Assembly: GCA_043812495.1 (NCBI GenBank)
Contig: JBDRMG010000018.1
Location: 7,651 to 71,650 of the forward strand
Length of the DNA: 64,000 nucleotides
Origin: Candidatus Omnitrophota bacterium
Lineage (GTDB): Bacteria > Omnitrophota > Gorgyraeia > Zapsychrales > JBDRMG01
Direction: 5' to 3'
Shown here piece by piece: positions 50,941 through 63,898 of this stretch (within the stretch, counting starts at the first letter, position 1; each line of letters begins with the position of its first letter). A model generated the notes under the pieces. The model did not search any database, was not told where the DNA came from, and saw only the letters and a list, made by a program, of their open reading frames with translations. The position numbers and the translations under genes were made by a program.

Positions 50941-52388
50941 TTCAAATAATGGGTGATGACCTCCCGGTCATCAAAGTGAATCTTTTTATCCTTAAAAATT
51001 TGATAATCCTCATGTCCCTTGCCCGCCACAAGAACAATGTCGTCTGCCTTGGCCTGGGAAAGGGCCTTGGCGATAGCCTCTTCCCGATCAAAAATCACCG
51101 TATAATTTGGCTTCGGGAAGCCCTCTTTGATTTGATTCATGATAAACTGCGGATCTTCTCCCCGAGGATTGTCATTGGTCAGGATAGAAAAATCGGCCAG
51201 TTGGCAAGCCACACGGCCCATTTTTGCCCTTTTGGTCTGATCACGTTCTCCTCCGCAGCCAAAAACCAAAATGATCTTTCCCCGGCTAACATTCTTCAAG
51301 TTTAACAGAACGTTTTTTAAGGCATCTTCCGTGTGCGCATAATCCACAAAAATATGATAATCCTGACCGCAATGAATTCTCTCCAGGCGCCCCGGCACAC
51401 CTTTTAAAGCCTTGATTCCTTTGGCGATGATTTTGGAATCGATTCCGTAAGCAGCGGATTGTGCGCATGCAGCCAGAATATTATAGGCATTATACCGGCC
51501 AATGAGTTCTGTTTTGATGGCGATTGGTCCTTGCGGAGTAACAACCGTCATCGTCGAATTGGCCGCGTTCAGATCGAGATCACGGACTTTGACGTCACAC
51601 GATGGATCAAATCCATAAGTCATCACTTTGGCCTTCGTTAGATTCATCAATCGTTTTCCATAGGGATCATCGGCATTAATCACCGCTGTCGCTTCTGGAG
51701 ATAGCCCCTGAAAAAGCTTTGCTTTTGCTTCAAAATAATTCTCCATCGTCTGGTGATAATCCAAATGGTCTTGGGTGAGATTGGTAAAGATAGCTGAATC
51801 AAAATCAATGGCCTCAGCGCGTCCTTGGTCCAGGCCGTGGGAAGAAACTTCCATCACGCAATAGGGAATATGTTTTTCGACCATCTCGGATAAAAAGCGT
51901 AAATTGTCTATCAAGCCAGGTGTTGTGTTCTTTGACGGAATGATTTGGGAGCCTATGTGCACATTAACGGTCCCGATTACGGCGCATTTTTTTGCGGCCG
52001 CGGTAAGAATGGTCTCCAGAAGATATGTGATGGTTGTCTTCCCGTTTGTCCCTGTGATTCCAATACACTTGATCTTTTTTGAGGGATCATCAAAGAAGCG
52101 TTTGGCTACAACAATCATTAATTGCCTTGGATCTTCAACTTTTAATAAGTAAAATTTTTGGGGATCCACCTGGAGGTGACTTTGACGACTCACAACTACA
52201 GCGATGGCCCCTTTCCGGATGGCGTCATCGATAAAATTCTCCCCATGACTTTGAGGGCCTTTCAAGGCAATAAAAAGAGAATTTTTTCTAACATCGCGGG
52301 AATCGGATGTGATGGCCTGAATATCCAAATCACAAGATTCACCTTCTGTTTCCACAACAATATCTTTCAATAAGTCTCTTAATCTCAC
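50928..52388 (-). CDS. murE: MurE ligase (meso-DAP type)
   Basis: TGTNGKTT, MEVSSH, DHLDYH, DYAHT, DNPR and AGKGHE motifs. Confidence 0.95.
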   Translation of the reverse strand: MRLRDLLKDIVVETEGESCDLDIQAITSDSRDVRKNSLFIALKGPQSHGENFIDDAIRKGAIAVVVSRQSHLQVDPQKFYLLKVEDPRQLMIVVAKRFFDDPSKKIKCIGITGTNGKTTITYLLETILTAAAKKCAVIGTVNVHIGSQIIPSKNTTPGLIDNLRFLSEMVEKHIPYCVMEVSSHGLDQGRAEAIDFDSAIFTNLTQDHLDYHQTMENYFEAKAKLFQGLSPEATAVINADDPYGKRLMNLTKAKVMTYGFDPSCDVKVRDLDLNAANSTMTVVTPQGPIAIKTELIGRYNAYNILAACAQSAAYGIDSKIIAKGIKALKGVPGRLERIHCGQDYHIFVDYAHTEDALKNVLLNLKNVSRGKIILVFGCGGERDQTKRAKMGRVACQLADFSILTNDNPRGEDPQFIMNQIKEGFPKPNYTVIFDREEAIAKALSQAKADDIVLVAGKGHEDYQIFKDKKIHFDDREVITHYLKCSS

Positions 52389-52402
52389 TTTAAACTTCCT
52401 CT

Positions 52403-54079
52403 TTAGTCAGCGGTTTTCATGTACTTCAAAGCGTCCTCTAGCACTTCTTTAAAAACGGGCGCTGCCACTGTTCCGCCAAAATGATTGGGATGAGGTTCGT
52501 CAAAGACAACCACGGCCGCAATTTGCGGATCATCCACAGGGGCAAATCCGATAAAAGACGCATAAAATTTGTTTTGTGAATATCGACCGTCAACGACTTT
52601 TTGCGCGGTTCCTGTTTTTCCGGCCACGCTGACATTTTTAATCCGGGCCATACGACCGGTCCCTTGCTCCACCACCTTCGTAAGAATATTTTTGAGGCGC
52701 ACGGCGGTTTCCTGGCTAATCACCTGCGCTTGCGCTTTAGGTTGATATTCATCGATAATTTCTCCTTTTTGATCTTGAATATATTTTACCACAAATGGTT
52801 TCATATAAATGCCATCATTTGCAATGGTCGCGATGGCACAAACAAGCTGAAGCGCGGTTACGGTCACTTCTTGACCGATGGGAAATGCGCCGATCGTGGT
52901 CTTGGACCACTGGGAAGGCTTTTTGAGGATACCGCCAATCTCGCCCGGCAAATTGATCCCTGTGAGCTGTCCAAAACGAAACAGACTGGCGTATTTATAG
53001 ACGATTGCGGGGCCCAATTTCTGGGCAATCTTCGTAACGCCGATATTACTCGACTGTTCAAAGACTTCGCTGAATGTTAAGGTTCCGTAAGGATGATAAT
53101 CGTGGAGAATATGGTTGGCCACGCGGTATTCACCGTTTTCGCAGAAAATTTTGTCCTTTTCATTAAATATCTTCTCTTCCAAGGCTGCGGCCGCCGTAAC
53201 GATCTTAAAAACCGATCCAGGCTCATACATATCTACGAGTGCGCGATTACGATGCGCATCGGAAGGGCTTTCATAAGCCTTGTTTCCATCAAAGCTTGGC
53301 TGATTGGCCATGGCCAAAATTTCACCGGTCTTGGGATTCATCAGAATGATGCTTGCCCCTTTGGCGTTATGTTTTTTGAAAGCCTTCTCGAGGGCGCGCT
53401 CAGCAATATATTGAATGGTTTCATCGATGGTCAGAACGAGATCAAATCCATCCTTGGCGGGAATGAACTTTTTCTCGATCAATAGCTCTCTGTGTTTGGC
53501 GTCACGGATGATTTGAGACCAACCGGATTCTCCCTTGAGCTGGCGGTCAAAGAGCAGCTCTAAAGCTTCCAATCCATGATGATCCATACCAACAAAACCC
53601 AGAACATGCATCCCCAGCGACTGATTAGGATAGAATCTCTTGCTTTCCTTTAGAAAGTCTAAACCATGAAGCTGCAGATCTTTGATTTTCTGCATATCGT
53701 CCGGAGATAATTTTCGTGCCAGCCAAATAAAATATTTGTTGCGATCGAGGCGATCATTTAAGTAACTTTCCTTGAGATGCAGAAGACGCGATAGCTCATC
53801 GATGGCCTTTTCTTTGTCCTGGAGCGTCATCATCCTGGGCTTGGCATACAGAGAATAGGCGGTGACATTAAGAGCCAGGGGCCGTCTGTGACGATCATAG
53901 ATGCCGCCTCTTTTAGGCTCAAGCTCGATCAAATGATCATGTTGTTTTTTGGCAATATTGGCGAGAAACGAAGAGCTAAAAATCTGAATAAATAACAATT
54001 TAACGGTAAAGACGAGAAGAAGGACAAAAAAGGTGAGAAAAATTAGACTGAATCGGAGAGAATGCTTTCGTATGTGCAC
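52403..54079 (-). CDS. ftsI: Class B penicillin-binding protein FtsI
   Basis: RGGIYDR, EPGSVFK, SSN and KTGT motifs. Confidence 0.92.
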   Translation of the reverse strand: MHIRKHSLRFSLIFLTFFVLLLVFTVKLLFIQIFSSSFLANIAKKQHDHLIELEPKRGGIYDRHRRPLALNVTAYSLYAKPRMMTLQDKEKAIDELSRLLHLKESYLNDRLDRNKYFIWLARKLSPDDMQKIKDLQLHGLDFLKESKRFYPNQSLGMHVLGFVGMDHHGLEALELLFDRQLKGESGWSQIIRDAKHRELLIEKKFIPAKDGFDLVLTIDETIQYIAERALEKAFKKHNAKGASIILMNPKTGEILAMANQPSFDGNKAYESPSDAHRNRALVDMYEPGSVFKIVTAAAALEEKIFNEKDKIFCENGEYRVANHILHDYHPYGTLTFSEVFEQSSNIGVTKIAQKLGPAIVYKYASLFRFGQLTGINLPGEIGGILKKPSQWSKTTIGAFPIGQEVTVTALQLVCAIATIANDGIYMKPFVVKYIQDQKGEIIDEYQPKAQAQVISQETAVRLKNILTKVVEQGTGRMARIKNVSVAGKTGTAQKVVDGRYSQNKFYASFIGFAPVDDPQIAAVVVFDEPHPNHFGGTVAAPVFKEVLEDALKYMKTAD

Positions 54080-54133
54080 GAGTAACTCAAGTTGTTCAAT
54101 CGCTTGAAGCGATGAGGATCATCGGATCTGTGA

Positions 54134-54514
54134 CTATTTGATGGTCCTGGCTTCGGCTTGGGCTTTTAACGAAAATAGTTTTGCAAAAATGTTTGGTTCT
54201 TTTTTGGGCGAAACCGCTGAGGCCAATCGGGCATCTCCCGCGCGGTCCCGGACCTTCACTTCCACGATTTGATCTTTGTCCAAGAATTGCATGTCGGATC
54301 CATCCGTCAATAATGTCACCCCCAAGTGATTGGCGCTTTTGAGCATGCAGATATCATAAACGGTGTCCCCTTTATCATCCAGGAGATTGCGTATCTTCTT
54401 TTGTTTATTTTTTCCCTGATAGGCCAAGTCATAAATTTGGACTTGGAGATGAATGTAAATCAACGACATGAGGGTGACCATCATGAGGACCCGTAAACAG
54501 CGGCATAATTTCAT
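54134..54514 (-). CDS. FtsL-like protein
   Basis: Small TM plus coiled-coil protein in the ftsL position between rsmH and ftsI. Confidence 0.55.
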   Translation of the reverse strand: MKLCRCLRVLMMVTLMSLIYIHLQVQIYDLAYQGKNKQKKIRNLLDDKGDTVYDICMLKSANHLGVTLLTDGSDMQFLDKDQIVEVKVRDRAGDARLASAVSPKKEPNIFAKLFSLKAQAEARTIK

Positions 54515-54528
54515 TGGATTTCCTTTTC

Positions 54529-54667
54529 AATGAGGCCATGACTTATGGAGTCCGCCATTGATCCAGTGGCGGGCGACATAAGTCATATGGCCGAATTGAC
54601 CTCGCCCACCAAAATTGTTAAACAATTTTGGTGAGGCGGGGGATTAAGCAAATACAATTATAATATT
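54529..54667. repeat. Modular palindromic intergenic element, copy H (inverted)
   Basis: AATGAGGCCATGACTTATGG ... GGGGATTAAGCAAATACAATTATAATATT, the reverse complement of the A/B ends. Confidence 0.82.
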
Positions 54668-54675
54668 TCAACTTG

Positions 54676-55590
54676 TCAGATCCGTTCGATGACGCGCAAT
54701 CGTGCGCTGCGCGACCGCGGATTCTCGCTGATTTCTTCTTCTGTAGCGCGCAAAGGTTTTTTGGTGATCAGTTTTGCTTGGTGTGCCCTGGATAACGTGC
54801 GAAATTTCTCTTTGACAATTCGATCTTCAAGAGAATGAAACGAAATCACGCACAACCGGGCCCCCTTTTTTAAGTAGACAAAACATTTGTCCAAAGCTAT
54901 TTCCAGGGCCTCCAGCTCCCGATTGACGGCAATGCGAAAAGCTTGGAAGGTGCGCGTCGCCGGATGAATGCGCTGATGTCTCTGAGCGTGCGGAATAGCC
55001 TTTAAAACACTATTTGTCAATTCCTGCGTAGAAGCGATCGGGCTTCTGGCCCGCTGAGCAACCAGATAATGGGCGATGCGATAAGACCAGCGCTCCTGTC
55101 CGAAGGCCTTTAAAATCAAGGCAATTTCTTTCTCTGATAACGAATTCACGAGATCATAAGCTGAAATATAACTGTTTTGGTCCATGCGCATGTCCAAAGG
55201 ACCGTCCGCCTGCAAGCTGAATCCACGAACTGGATTGCTCAACTGATAACTGGATATTCCTAAATCAAAAAGCATCCCGTTCACATTTTCGATTCCGAAA
55301 TCTTGTAGAATATTGTCTATCTGCCGAAAATCTTGATGCACAAAATGACAGGAACCGCTAAATTCTTTCAACCGCTCTTGGGCTATTGTCAGAGAATCGA
55401 GATCCCGATCAATGCCGATCAGGCAACCTTTGGATCCGATTCTTTTTAAGATTTCTAAGGCATGCCCGCCGGTGCCCATGGTGCCATCCACCAGGCAGTC
55501 CCCCGGTTTTGGATCCAAATAGTCCAAGACCTCCTTGAGCATCACAGGAATATGGATTGTTTGATTCATGATTTCACATTCTTGGGTCAT
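54676..55590 (-). CDS. rsmH: 16S rRNA m4C1402 methyltransferase
   Basis: HIPVML, DGTMGTGGH, DLGISS, PLDMRM, SFHSLEDR and NPRSRSA motifs. Confidence 0.96.
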   Translation of the reverse strand: MTQECEIMNQTIHIPVMLKEVLDYLDPKPGDCLVDGTMGTGGHALEILKRIGSKGCLIGIDRDLDSLTIAQERLKEFSGSCHFVHQDFRQIDNILQDFGIENVNGMLFDLGISSYQLSNPVRGFSLQADGPLDMRMDQNSYISAYDLVNSLSEKEIALILKAFGQERWSYRIAHYLVAQRARSPIASTQELTNSVLKAIPHAQRHQRIHPATRTFQAFRIAVNRELEALEIALDKCFVYLKKGARLCVISFHSLEDRIVKEKFRTLSRAHQAKLITKKPLRATEEEISENPRSRSARLRVIERI

Positions 55591-55619
55591 GTTCTGATTC
55601 TGTTTTGCGGTCGACGGTG

Positions 55620-56057
55620 CTAAATGTTGATCATTTTCTCGGCAATCTCTTCAAATGAATCTTTTGTGTCGGCATAAAATGTCCGCCATGTTGTTTGATC
55701 CCAGATCTCGATTCTGTTGGAAATGCCGATGACAATCGCATCACGTTTAATCAACGCGTATTCTTTAAGAAATTCCGGAATGATAAAACGCCCTTGCCGA
55801 TCGGGAACAACTTCAACCGCCCCTGAAAAAAACATACGATTAAAAGAGCGCGCTTCTTGCTTGGTGAATGAAAGGCCTCGGAATTTTTGTTCTTGAAGAT
55901 TCCACTCATCTTCGCTGAACATAAAAATACATTTGTCCAAACCTCGGGTTAAGTAAAATTTCTCTATCCCTTGCTCTTTGGAAATTTCACGAAACCTAGC
56001 CGGAAGGATAAGGCGGCCTTTACGATCTATGCCATGGTTATATTCACCGTAAAACAT
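55620..56057 (-). CDS. mraZ: Transcriptional regulator MraZ
   Basis: DRKGR and DRQGR motifs; first gene of the dcw cluster. Confidence 0.96.
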   Translation of the reverse strand: MFYGEYNHGIDRKGRLILPARFREISKEQGIEKFYLTRGLDKCIFMFSEDEWNLQEQKFRGLSFTKQEARSFNRMFFSGAVEVVPDRQGRFIIPEFLKEYALIKRDAIVIGISNRIEIWDQTTWRTFYADTKDSFEEIAEKMINI

Positions 56058-56070
56058 ATCGCTCTCTTGT

Positions 56071-56102
56071 TAAACCACTTTAAACCACTTTATTCCACTT
56101 TA
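56071..56102 (-). promoter_or_regulatory. MraZ operator: three AAGTGG direct repeats with 10-bp period
   Basis: Minus strand AAGTGGAATA AAGTGGTTTA AAGTGGTTTA directly upstream of mraZ. Confidence 0.8.
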
Positions 56103-56253
56103 AGTGCATTTTATGGCCAAAAGAGGGTCCTGTCAATAATTTATTTCCCTATTTTTATGAAATACAATAAGTTGCGTAAATTTCGAAAAGATTCTCTATG
56201 GGCAGGAAACAAACGAAGGATAATCAATCAGGTGAGATTTATTGAAGGAAATA

Positions 56254-57207
56254 TTACGAAGATTTTCTACCAAAATTGATTCTTCTTAATAACTTCTTGG
56301 CGTTTTGTTCGTCTTTCTTAAGCTGTTCGATGAGAAGTTTTCTTGTACTAAATTTCTTTTCATCTCGAATCTTCTTCAAAAAACTGATTTCTATCTTTTG
56401 TCCGTAAATATTTTTATGAAAATGAAAAATATGCACCTCCACATTAATTTTTCTTTTTCTTTTTTTAAATGACGGACGGAATCCGACATTGGCTATCCCC
56501 ACGAAAAATTTTCTTTTGATCTCAATCTTAACAAGATAGACGCCACAAGGCGGAATCACTTCCCTGAATGGATCGATATTGGCCGTCGGATACCCAAGGT
56601 TTTTTCCCCGTCGATCACCGCGCTTAACGCGACCGAAAACGGAAACTGGCCTCCCCAAAAGTCGAGCCGCCAATTCAATATTTCCTTGCGTGATGATTTG
56701 TCGAATCCTTGTACTGCTGATCATTCGCCCGTTACTTTTGATGGGAGCAATGCTCGTGACTTTAAAACCTCTTGCGCGTCCTAACTTTTGGAGCAGTTGC
56801 CAATCGCCCAACCGCTTCTTGCCGAAATGAAAGTCTTGTCCCACAAACACTTCCTGCGGCCTAATTCCTTTAACGAGATATTTTTCAAGGAAACTTTTCG
56901 GACTCAGACGCGAAAACTTTTTCGTGAAGTCTATCACAATGCAAACATCGATGCCTAAGTTTTCGATGAGTTTCAAGCGATGCTCCAGGGAGACGAGAAA
57001 AGGTAAATAAGCCTTGGGCTTGAGGACATGGACCGGGTGGGGAAAGAAAGTCATCGCCATGCTTGTGCCCTTGATGGATTTGGCTCTCTTAATAACCTTT
57101 CGAATCAGAAACTGATGACCGCGATGCAGGCCATCAAAGACACCGATCGCCACAACAGGTCTTTGAAATTTCTGCTTAACGCTTCCAATGGCGGATATAA
57201 CTTTCAT
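56254..57207 (-). CDS. ribF: Bifunctional riboflavin kinase/FAD synthetase
   Basis: GVFDGLHRGH, ISSTRIR, LGYPTAN and VEVHI motifs. Confidence 0.95.
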   Translation of the reverse strand: MKVISAIGSVKQKFQRPVVAIGVFDGLHRGHQFLIRKVIKRAKSIKGTSMAMTFFPHPVHVLKPKAYLPFLVSLEHRLKLIENLGIDVCIVIDFTKKFSRLSPKSFLEKYLVKGIRPQEVFVGQDFHFGKKRLGDWQLLQKLGRARGFKVTSIAPIKSNGRMISSTRIRQIITQGNIELAARLLGRPVSVFGRVKRGDRRGKNLGYPTANIDPFREVIPPCGVYLVKIEIKRKFFVGIANVGFRPSFKKRKRKINVEVHIFHFHKNIYGQKIEISFLKKIRDEKKFSTRKLLIEQLKKDEQNAKKLLRRINFGRKSS

Positions 57208-57841
57208 TGACATCCTCAAGGCTAACGGCCTCATCGATCAAGAAGGAGCCGACTTGCGTACGTTTGATTTGGGAAATGCAGCCACCGCAACCCAGTGCTT
57301 CACCTACATCTTCGGCGATTGTCCGGATATAAGTACCTTTCGAGCAGCGAACAAAAAGGCGCACATCAGGCAGATTAAAATCAACAAGTCTCAATTCTTT
57401 AATCGTGACGGTTCGCGGTTCCCTTGCGATTTCTATTCCTGAACGCGCCAATTGATAAAGTCTTTTGCCTTTAAATTTCACAGCCGACACCATAGGCGGA
57501 ATCTGCTGTATGGTTCCTGTCAAGCGTTCAAAAGCCTTTTGGACCTCTTCTTGTATAATTTGTGTACAATCGGATTCTTTTATGGTTTGTCCATTAATAT
57601 CCGCCGTTGTTGTTTTTAGGCCTAGGCGCAATGTTGCCTCGTAAGCCTTATCGAAGGCAGAGAATTCATTGAATAGCTTTGTCGCTTTTCCCAGTAAAAT
57701 AACCAGTACACCCGTCGCGAGAGGATCCAGCGTTCCCGCATGGCCTATGCGACGCATACGGAATTTTCTGCGCATAAAGTTCACAACATCATGCGAAGTA
57801 ATTCCGCTTGGTTTGTCGATAATCAGAAATCCTTCTTTCAT
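57176..57841 (-). CDS. truB: tRNA pseudouridine(55) synthase (short form)
   Basis: DKPSGITSHD, GHAGTLDPLATG and CSKGTYIR motifs. Confidence 0.95.
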   Translation of the reverse strand: MKEGFLIIDKPSGITSHDVVNFMRRKFRMRRIGHAGTLDPLATGVLVILLGKATKLFNEFSAFDKAYEATLRLGLKTTTADINGQTIKESDCTQIIQEEVQKAFERLTGTIQQIPPMVSAVKFKGKRLYQLARSGIEIAREPRTVTIKELRLVDFNLPDVRLFVRCSKGTYIRTIAEDVGEALGCGGCISQIKRTQVGSFLIDEAVSLEDVNESYIRHWKR

Positions 57842-58800
57842 GTCAATGTCCTGTGAAGTTGTTTCAGAATGATTTGTTTGGCTGTCTTAAGATCTTCATT
57901 GATCCGGCAACCGCTCGCTCTTTTATGTCCCCCTCCTTCGAAATCATGAGCCAGCCGGGCGACATCAACTTTTTCTTGCGAACGGAAATTGACCCGTGTT
58001 TGTTTTTTACTGACTTCCGTGAAAATGACAACGACTTCAACGCCTTTGATGGCTCGCAAGAAAGTAAAAATTCTATCACGCAAATCAAAACTTTGAGTAA
58101 AGCGCCGGCTCTTCGCTCTTGTCAGATCGAATGTGATGACCCGGTCTTTAACATGAATTTCGAAATCTTTGATCATCGACGCAAATTCTTTCATATCGCG
58201 CAAAGGGATATCTTCGTACGATTTTCGATACATTTGATAGATGGGAATATCGAATTTCAACAACTGGCTAATAATCTCATGCGTACGCGAGCTTGTGCTG
58301 TCGTAGCGAAATGAGCCCGTATCGGTCATGATGCCTAAGTAAAGAAGCCGGGCAATCGTCTTATTCAATGGGAATCGGGCATGTTGCAATAAATCAAAAA
58401 TGATTTCTGCCGTAGACGATGCCTTGGGGTAAACGCAATTGGGATGCCCAAAATAATTATTGGTGATATGATGATCGATATTGATTATTTTCTTGTCTTT
58501 GGCAAGAAGCTCCCTCACTTGGGCAATGCGGCTCAACGACCCGCAGTCAAGAATAATCGCCACATCATAGCTGATGTTTTGCTTCTTGAATCGCTCAATG
58601 CTCTTAACGCCGGGGAAAAAAGAAAACATTTTCGGCATGTCTTGCGCATTAACGATATGAACTTTTTTTTTCATGGCCCTGAGCCATTGGGCTAAGGCTA
58701 ATTCACCGGCGAGGGCATCGGCATCCACGTTGACATGCGTACTGATAAGAAAAACTTTGTTCTTCTTAATTTCTTCGATCACGTGTCGATAGCTCATCAA
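57838..58800 (-). CDS. nrnA: DHH/DHHA1 phosphoesterase NrnA
   Basis: DADA, IDHH, TDTGSF and GGGHKRASG motifs; lies between rbfA and truB. Confidence 0.88.
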   Translation of the reverse strand: MMSYRHVIEEIKKNKVFLISTHVNVDADALAGELALAQWLRAMKKKVHIVNAQDMPKMFSFFPGVKSIERFKKQNISYDVAIILDCGSLSRIAQVRELLAKDKKIINIDHHITNNYFGHPNCVYPKASSTAEIIFDLLQHARFPLNKTIARLLYLGIMTDTGSFRYDSTSSRTHEIISQLLKFDIPIYQMYRKSYEDIPLRDMKEFASMIKDFEIHVKDRVITFDLTRAKSRRFTQSFDLRDRIFTFLRAIKGVEVVVIFTEVSKKQTRVNFRSQEKVDVARLAHDFEGGGHKRASGCRINEDLKTAKQIILKQLHRTLT

Positions 58801-58815
58801 GCGACCTTTCTTCTT

Positions 58816-59178
58816 TTACTCGTTCTCGGGATTCTGCCGAGTGTTTTCCTTAATTTCTCCCAAAGCCTCTTCGATACGCGCCCCATATTCGATCGATTGA
58901 TCAAAAACAAATTCCAGTTCGGGCGTTAAACGCAATCGTACGCGCTGACCCACAAGCCGACGAATAAATCCCTTGGCGCTATCTAATCCACTTTGGGCTG
59001 ATTTTGCTTTTTCCGCATTGCCGAGCGCGCTATAGAAAATCCTGGCGTGCTGCAGATCGCGGCTGACCTGAACTTCGGTGATCGTGACAAACCCAAGCCT
59101 TGGGTCTTTAACGTCCCTTAGAATAATATCAGAAATTTCCTTCTTCATTTGTTGATTGATTCTGTTCATTCGGTCCAT
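58816..59178 (-). CDS. rbfA: Ribosome-binding factor A
   Basis: KDPRLGFVTITEV, SRDLQHA and PELEFVFD motifs. Confidence 0.95.
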   Translation of the reverse strand: MDRMNRINQQMKKEISDIILRDVKDPRLGFVTITEVQVSRDLQHARIFYSALGNAEKAKSAQSGLDSAKGFIRRLVGQRVRLRLTPELEFVFDQSIEYGARIEEALGEIKENTRQNPENE

Positions 59179-59181
59179 GGC

Positions 59182-60456
59182 TTAGTCCTTGTCGCGTTGT
59201 ATCCATTTTTGCGCATATCGCATTTCTTGTTTTTTGGATCGAACTTTTCCGTCAAGCTTGGCGTCAAAACATTTCTTGAGAATATCTCCGATCATCCTGC
59301 CCTCCTTGATTCCAAGCCTTTTTAAGTCTTCGCCGTTTACGCTTAATGCGACTGATTGATCTTGTTTAAGAAAACCAAAAATGCGTTTTTGTATTCTCGG
59401 ATTTTTTGTTTGCGTTGTTAAGAAAGCAACTGTCTCATAGCTAAGCGGTTTTAAAATTCGATACACATCGCTCGGCCGCATGCGCTTGACGGATAAGCGG
59501 CGACTCAAGGAAATAACGTTTCGGCTTTCAAGTATCCTTTTCTTGTCCTCACGCGTGAAATGAAACCGAGACATCGTTTTCTCGGTAGACTTACCGGATC
59601 TCTTGTGCCATAAGGCCATCAGATACAGTATTTGGAGATCGAATTGTTTTAACGCGAATCTTTTTTTTAATGCCTTCCTATTCTTTTCAATATTCTTCAG
59701 GCTCTTTTTAATGGAAGGGGTCATTCGATAGTTATCTCCCAAGAATTCCAACCCTTTAAACTGGTGGAGTCTTTCAAGGCAGCGGACCGGCTGGTCTTCT
59801 TTTAAGATTTTCTTAAATTCTTCAAAATACCGCGGCGGCTTGACGTCATCATCCGCGTGTTTGCTTAAAGCTTTTTTCATTAAGTCAAGCGTGTGTCTTT
59901 CGATTTTAAAATGCAATCGCTGTTCAAAACGGACCGCGCGTAAAATCCTGGTCGGATCATCCTTGAAGCTTTGATCATGAAGAACGCGGATACTTTTTTC
60001 ATCCAGGTCTTTTTGTCCGCGGAAATCATCAATGACCATTCCAAATTGATCCGGATGGATAGAAATCGCCATGGCGTTGATGGCAAAGTCCCGACGAAAA
60101 AGATCGTCATGAATGGATCCCAACGTCACGGCCGGTAAGGCCCCAGAGTAAGCGTAATGCTCTTTTCTTGCGCTCGATAAATCAAGCTGGCCTCCCTGGG
60201 CATCCATCAATGTTGCTGTTTTAAAAACAGGATAAATTGTTACTTTTGCTTTCTTTCTTTGGGCAAGGAGTTGGGCGAGCTTGACGGCATCGCCCTCAAC
60301 GACGACATCCACATCAAAATTGTTTTTATGGAGCAATAAATCTCTGACAAAACCGCCCACCACATAGGCGTTCATTTTATTTTTCTCTGCTTCCCAGCCG
60401 ATTTCTCTGAGACGTCTGAGAATATTGCGATCACATCGTGCCAATACAGATTTCAT
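59182..60456 (-). CDS. Class II tRNA nucleotidyltransferase (possibly A-adding)
   Basis: VGGFVRD, DVDVV, DDLFRRDF and DDPTRILRAVRF motifs. Confidence 0.85.
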   Translation of the reverse strand: MKSVLARCDRNILRRLREIGWEAEKNKMNAYVVGGFVRDLLLHKNNFDVDVVVEGDAVKLAQLLAQRKKAKVTIYPVFKTATLMDAQGGQLDLSSARKEHYAYSGALPAVTLGSIHDDLFRRDFAINAMAISIHPDQFGMVIDDFRGQKDLDEKSIRVLHDQSFKDDPTRILRAVRFEQRLHFKIERHTLDLMKKALSKHADDDVKPPRYFEEFKKILKEDQPVRCLERLHQFKGLEFLGDNYRMTPSIKKSLKNIEKNRKALKKRFALKQFDLQILYLMALWHKRSGKSTEKTMSRFHFTREDKKRILESRNVISLSRRLSVKRMRPSDVYRILKPLSYETVAFLTTQTKNPRIQKRIFGFLKQDQSVALSVNGEDLKRLGIKEGRMIGDILKKCFDAKLDGKVRSKKQEMRYAQKWIQRDKD

Positions 60457-60462
60457 GATGCT

Positions 60463-61353
60463 TTATCCCCGCGGATGAAATTGTTTATGAACGGTCTTTA
60501 ACCTTTCCCGATCGACATGGGTATAAATTTGTGTCGTCGAGATGTCCGAATGCCCCAGCATTTCCTGAACGGAGCGCAAATCCGCCCCATGTTCCAACAG
60601 ATGCGTTGCAAACGAATGTCTAATCGTGTGCGGTTTAATCACCTTCTTAATTCTTGCCTTCTTGGCATAGCGTTTGATGATTTTCCAGACGCTTTGACGG
60701 CTGATCTTTTTCCCGAGCCGACTGATAAATAAGCTATTAGTAAAATTGGATTTGATTAATTTGGCTCTGACCTTGTCTGTGTATCGCCTCAAGGATATCT
60801 GCGCCCGCTTTCCAATGGGAATGATGCGCTCTTTACGTCCCTTTCCTATGCAGCGGACATAACCGACATCCATATTGACATTATCTGTCTTCAGACTAAC
60901 TAATTCCGAAACACGCATGCCGCTCGCATAGAGCAATTCCAAAATAGCATTGTCTCTGATCTCCTGCCAATGCCGGCCGTAAGAGGCCTTGATCATGGAT
61001 TCAATCTCAGGCAAAGAAAGAACCTCCGGTACTCGCTTCCAAAGCTTGGGTGTTTCTAAGAGATTTGTGGGGTCTTCTTTTGCCAATCGTTCGCGCACAC
61101 AAAAACGGTGAAACATCTTGATCGCCGAAAGAGCCCGACTAATAGACGTTGCCGTTAGACCTTTTTCCTTTTGTTGATGCATATAATTTGTGATATCCGC
61201 GCGTTTTATCAGATCAATGTCTTTGATGCCTTTCTGTGCTAATTGTTTCGTGTATTTTGTCAGATCCCGTCGATAGGCCAGGATCGTGTTTGGGGACAAT
61301 CCCCGCTCAACAGACAAAAAATTCATAAAGTCATCAATCAGTTCTTTCATCAA
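60463..61353 (-). CDS. xerD: Tyrosine recombinase XerD
   Basis: ERGLSPNT, LYASGMRVSEL, HTIRHSFATHLL and LGHSDISTTQIYTHV motifs; HPRG terminus. Confidence 0.92.
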   Translation of the reverse strand: MMKELIDDFMNFLSVERGLSPNTILAYRRDLTKYTKQLAQKGIKDIDLIKRADITNYMHQQKEKGLTATSISRALSAIKMFHRFCVRERLAKEDPTNLLETPKLWKRVPEVLSLPEIESMIKASYGRHWQEIRDNAILELLYASGMRVSELVSLKTDNVNMDVGYVRCIGKGRKERIIPIGKRAQISLRRYTDKVRAKLIKSNFTNSLFISRLGKKISRQSVWKIIKRYAKKARIKKVIKPHTIRHSFATHLLEHGADLRSVQEMLGHSDISTTQIYTHVDRERLKTVHKQFHPRG

Positions 61354-61368
61354 AAACCCTTCGGTCCT

Positions 61369-63898
<2,530 letters not shown>

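Noticed and set aside
60463-61353. Phage or island integrase
   Set aside because: Typical XerD length and motifs in a housekeeping context, with no att sites or cargo genes.
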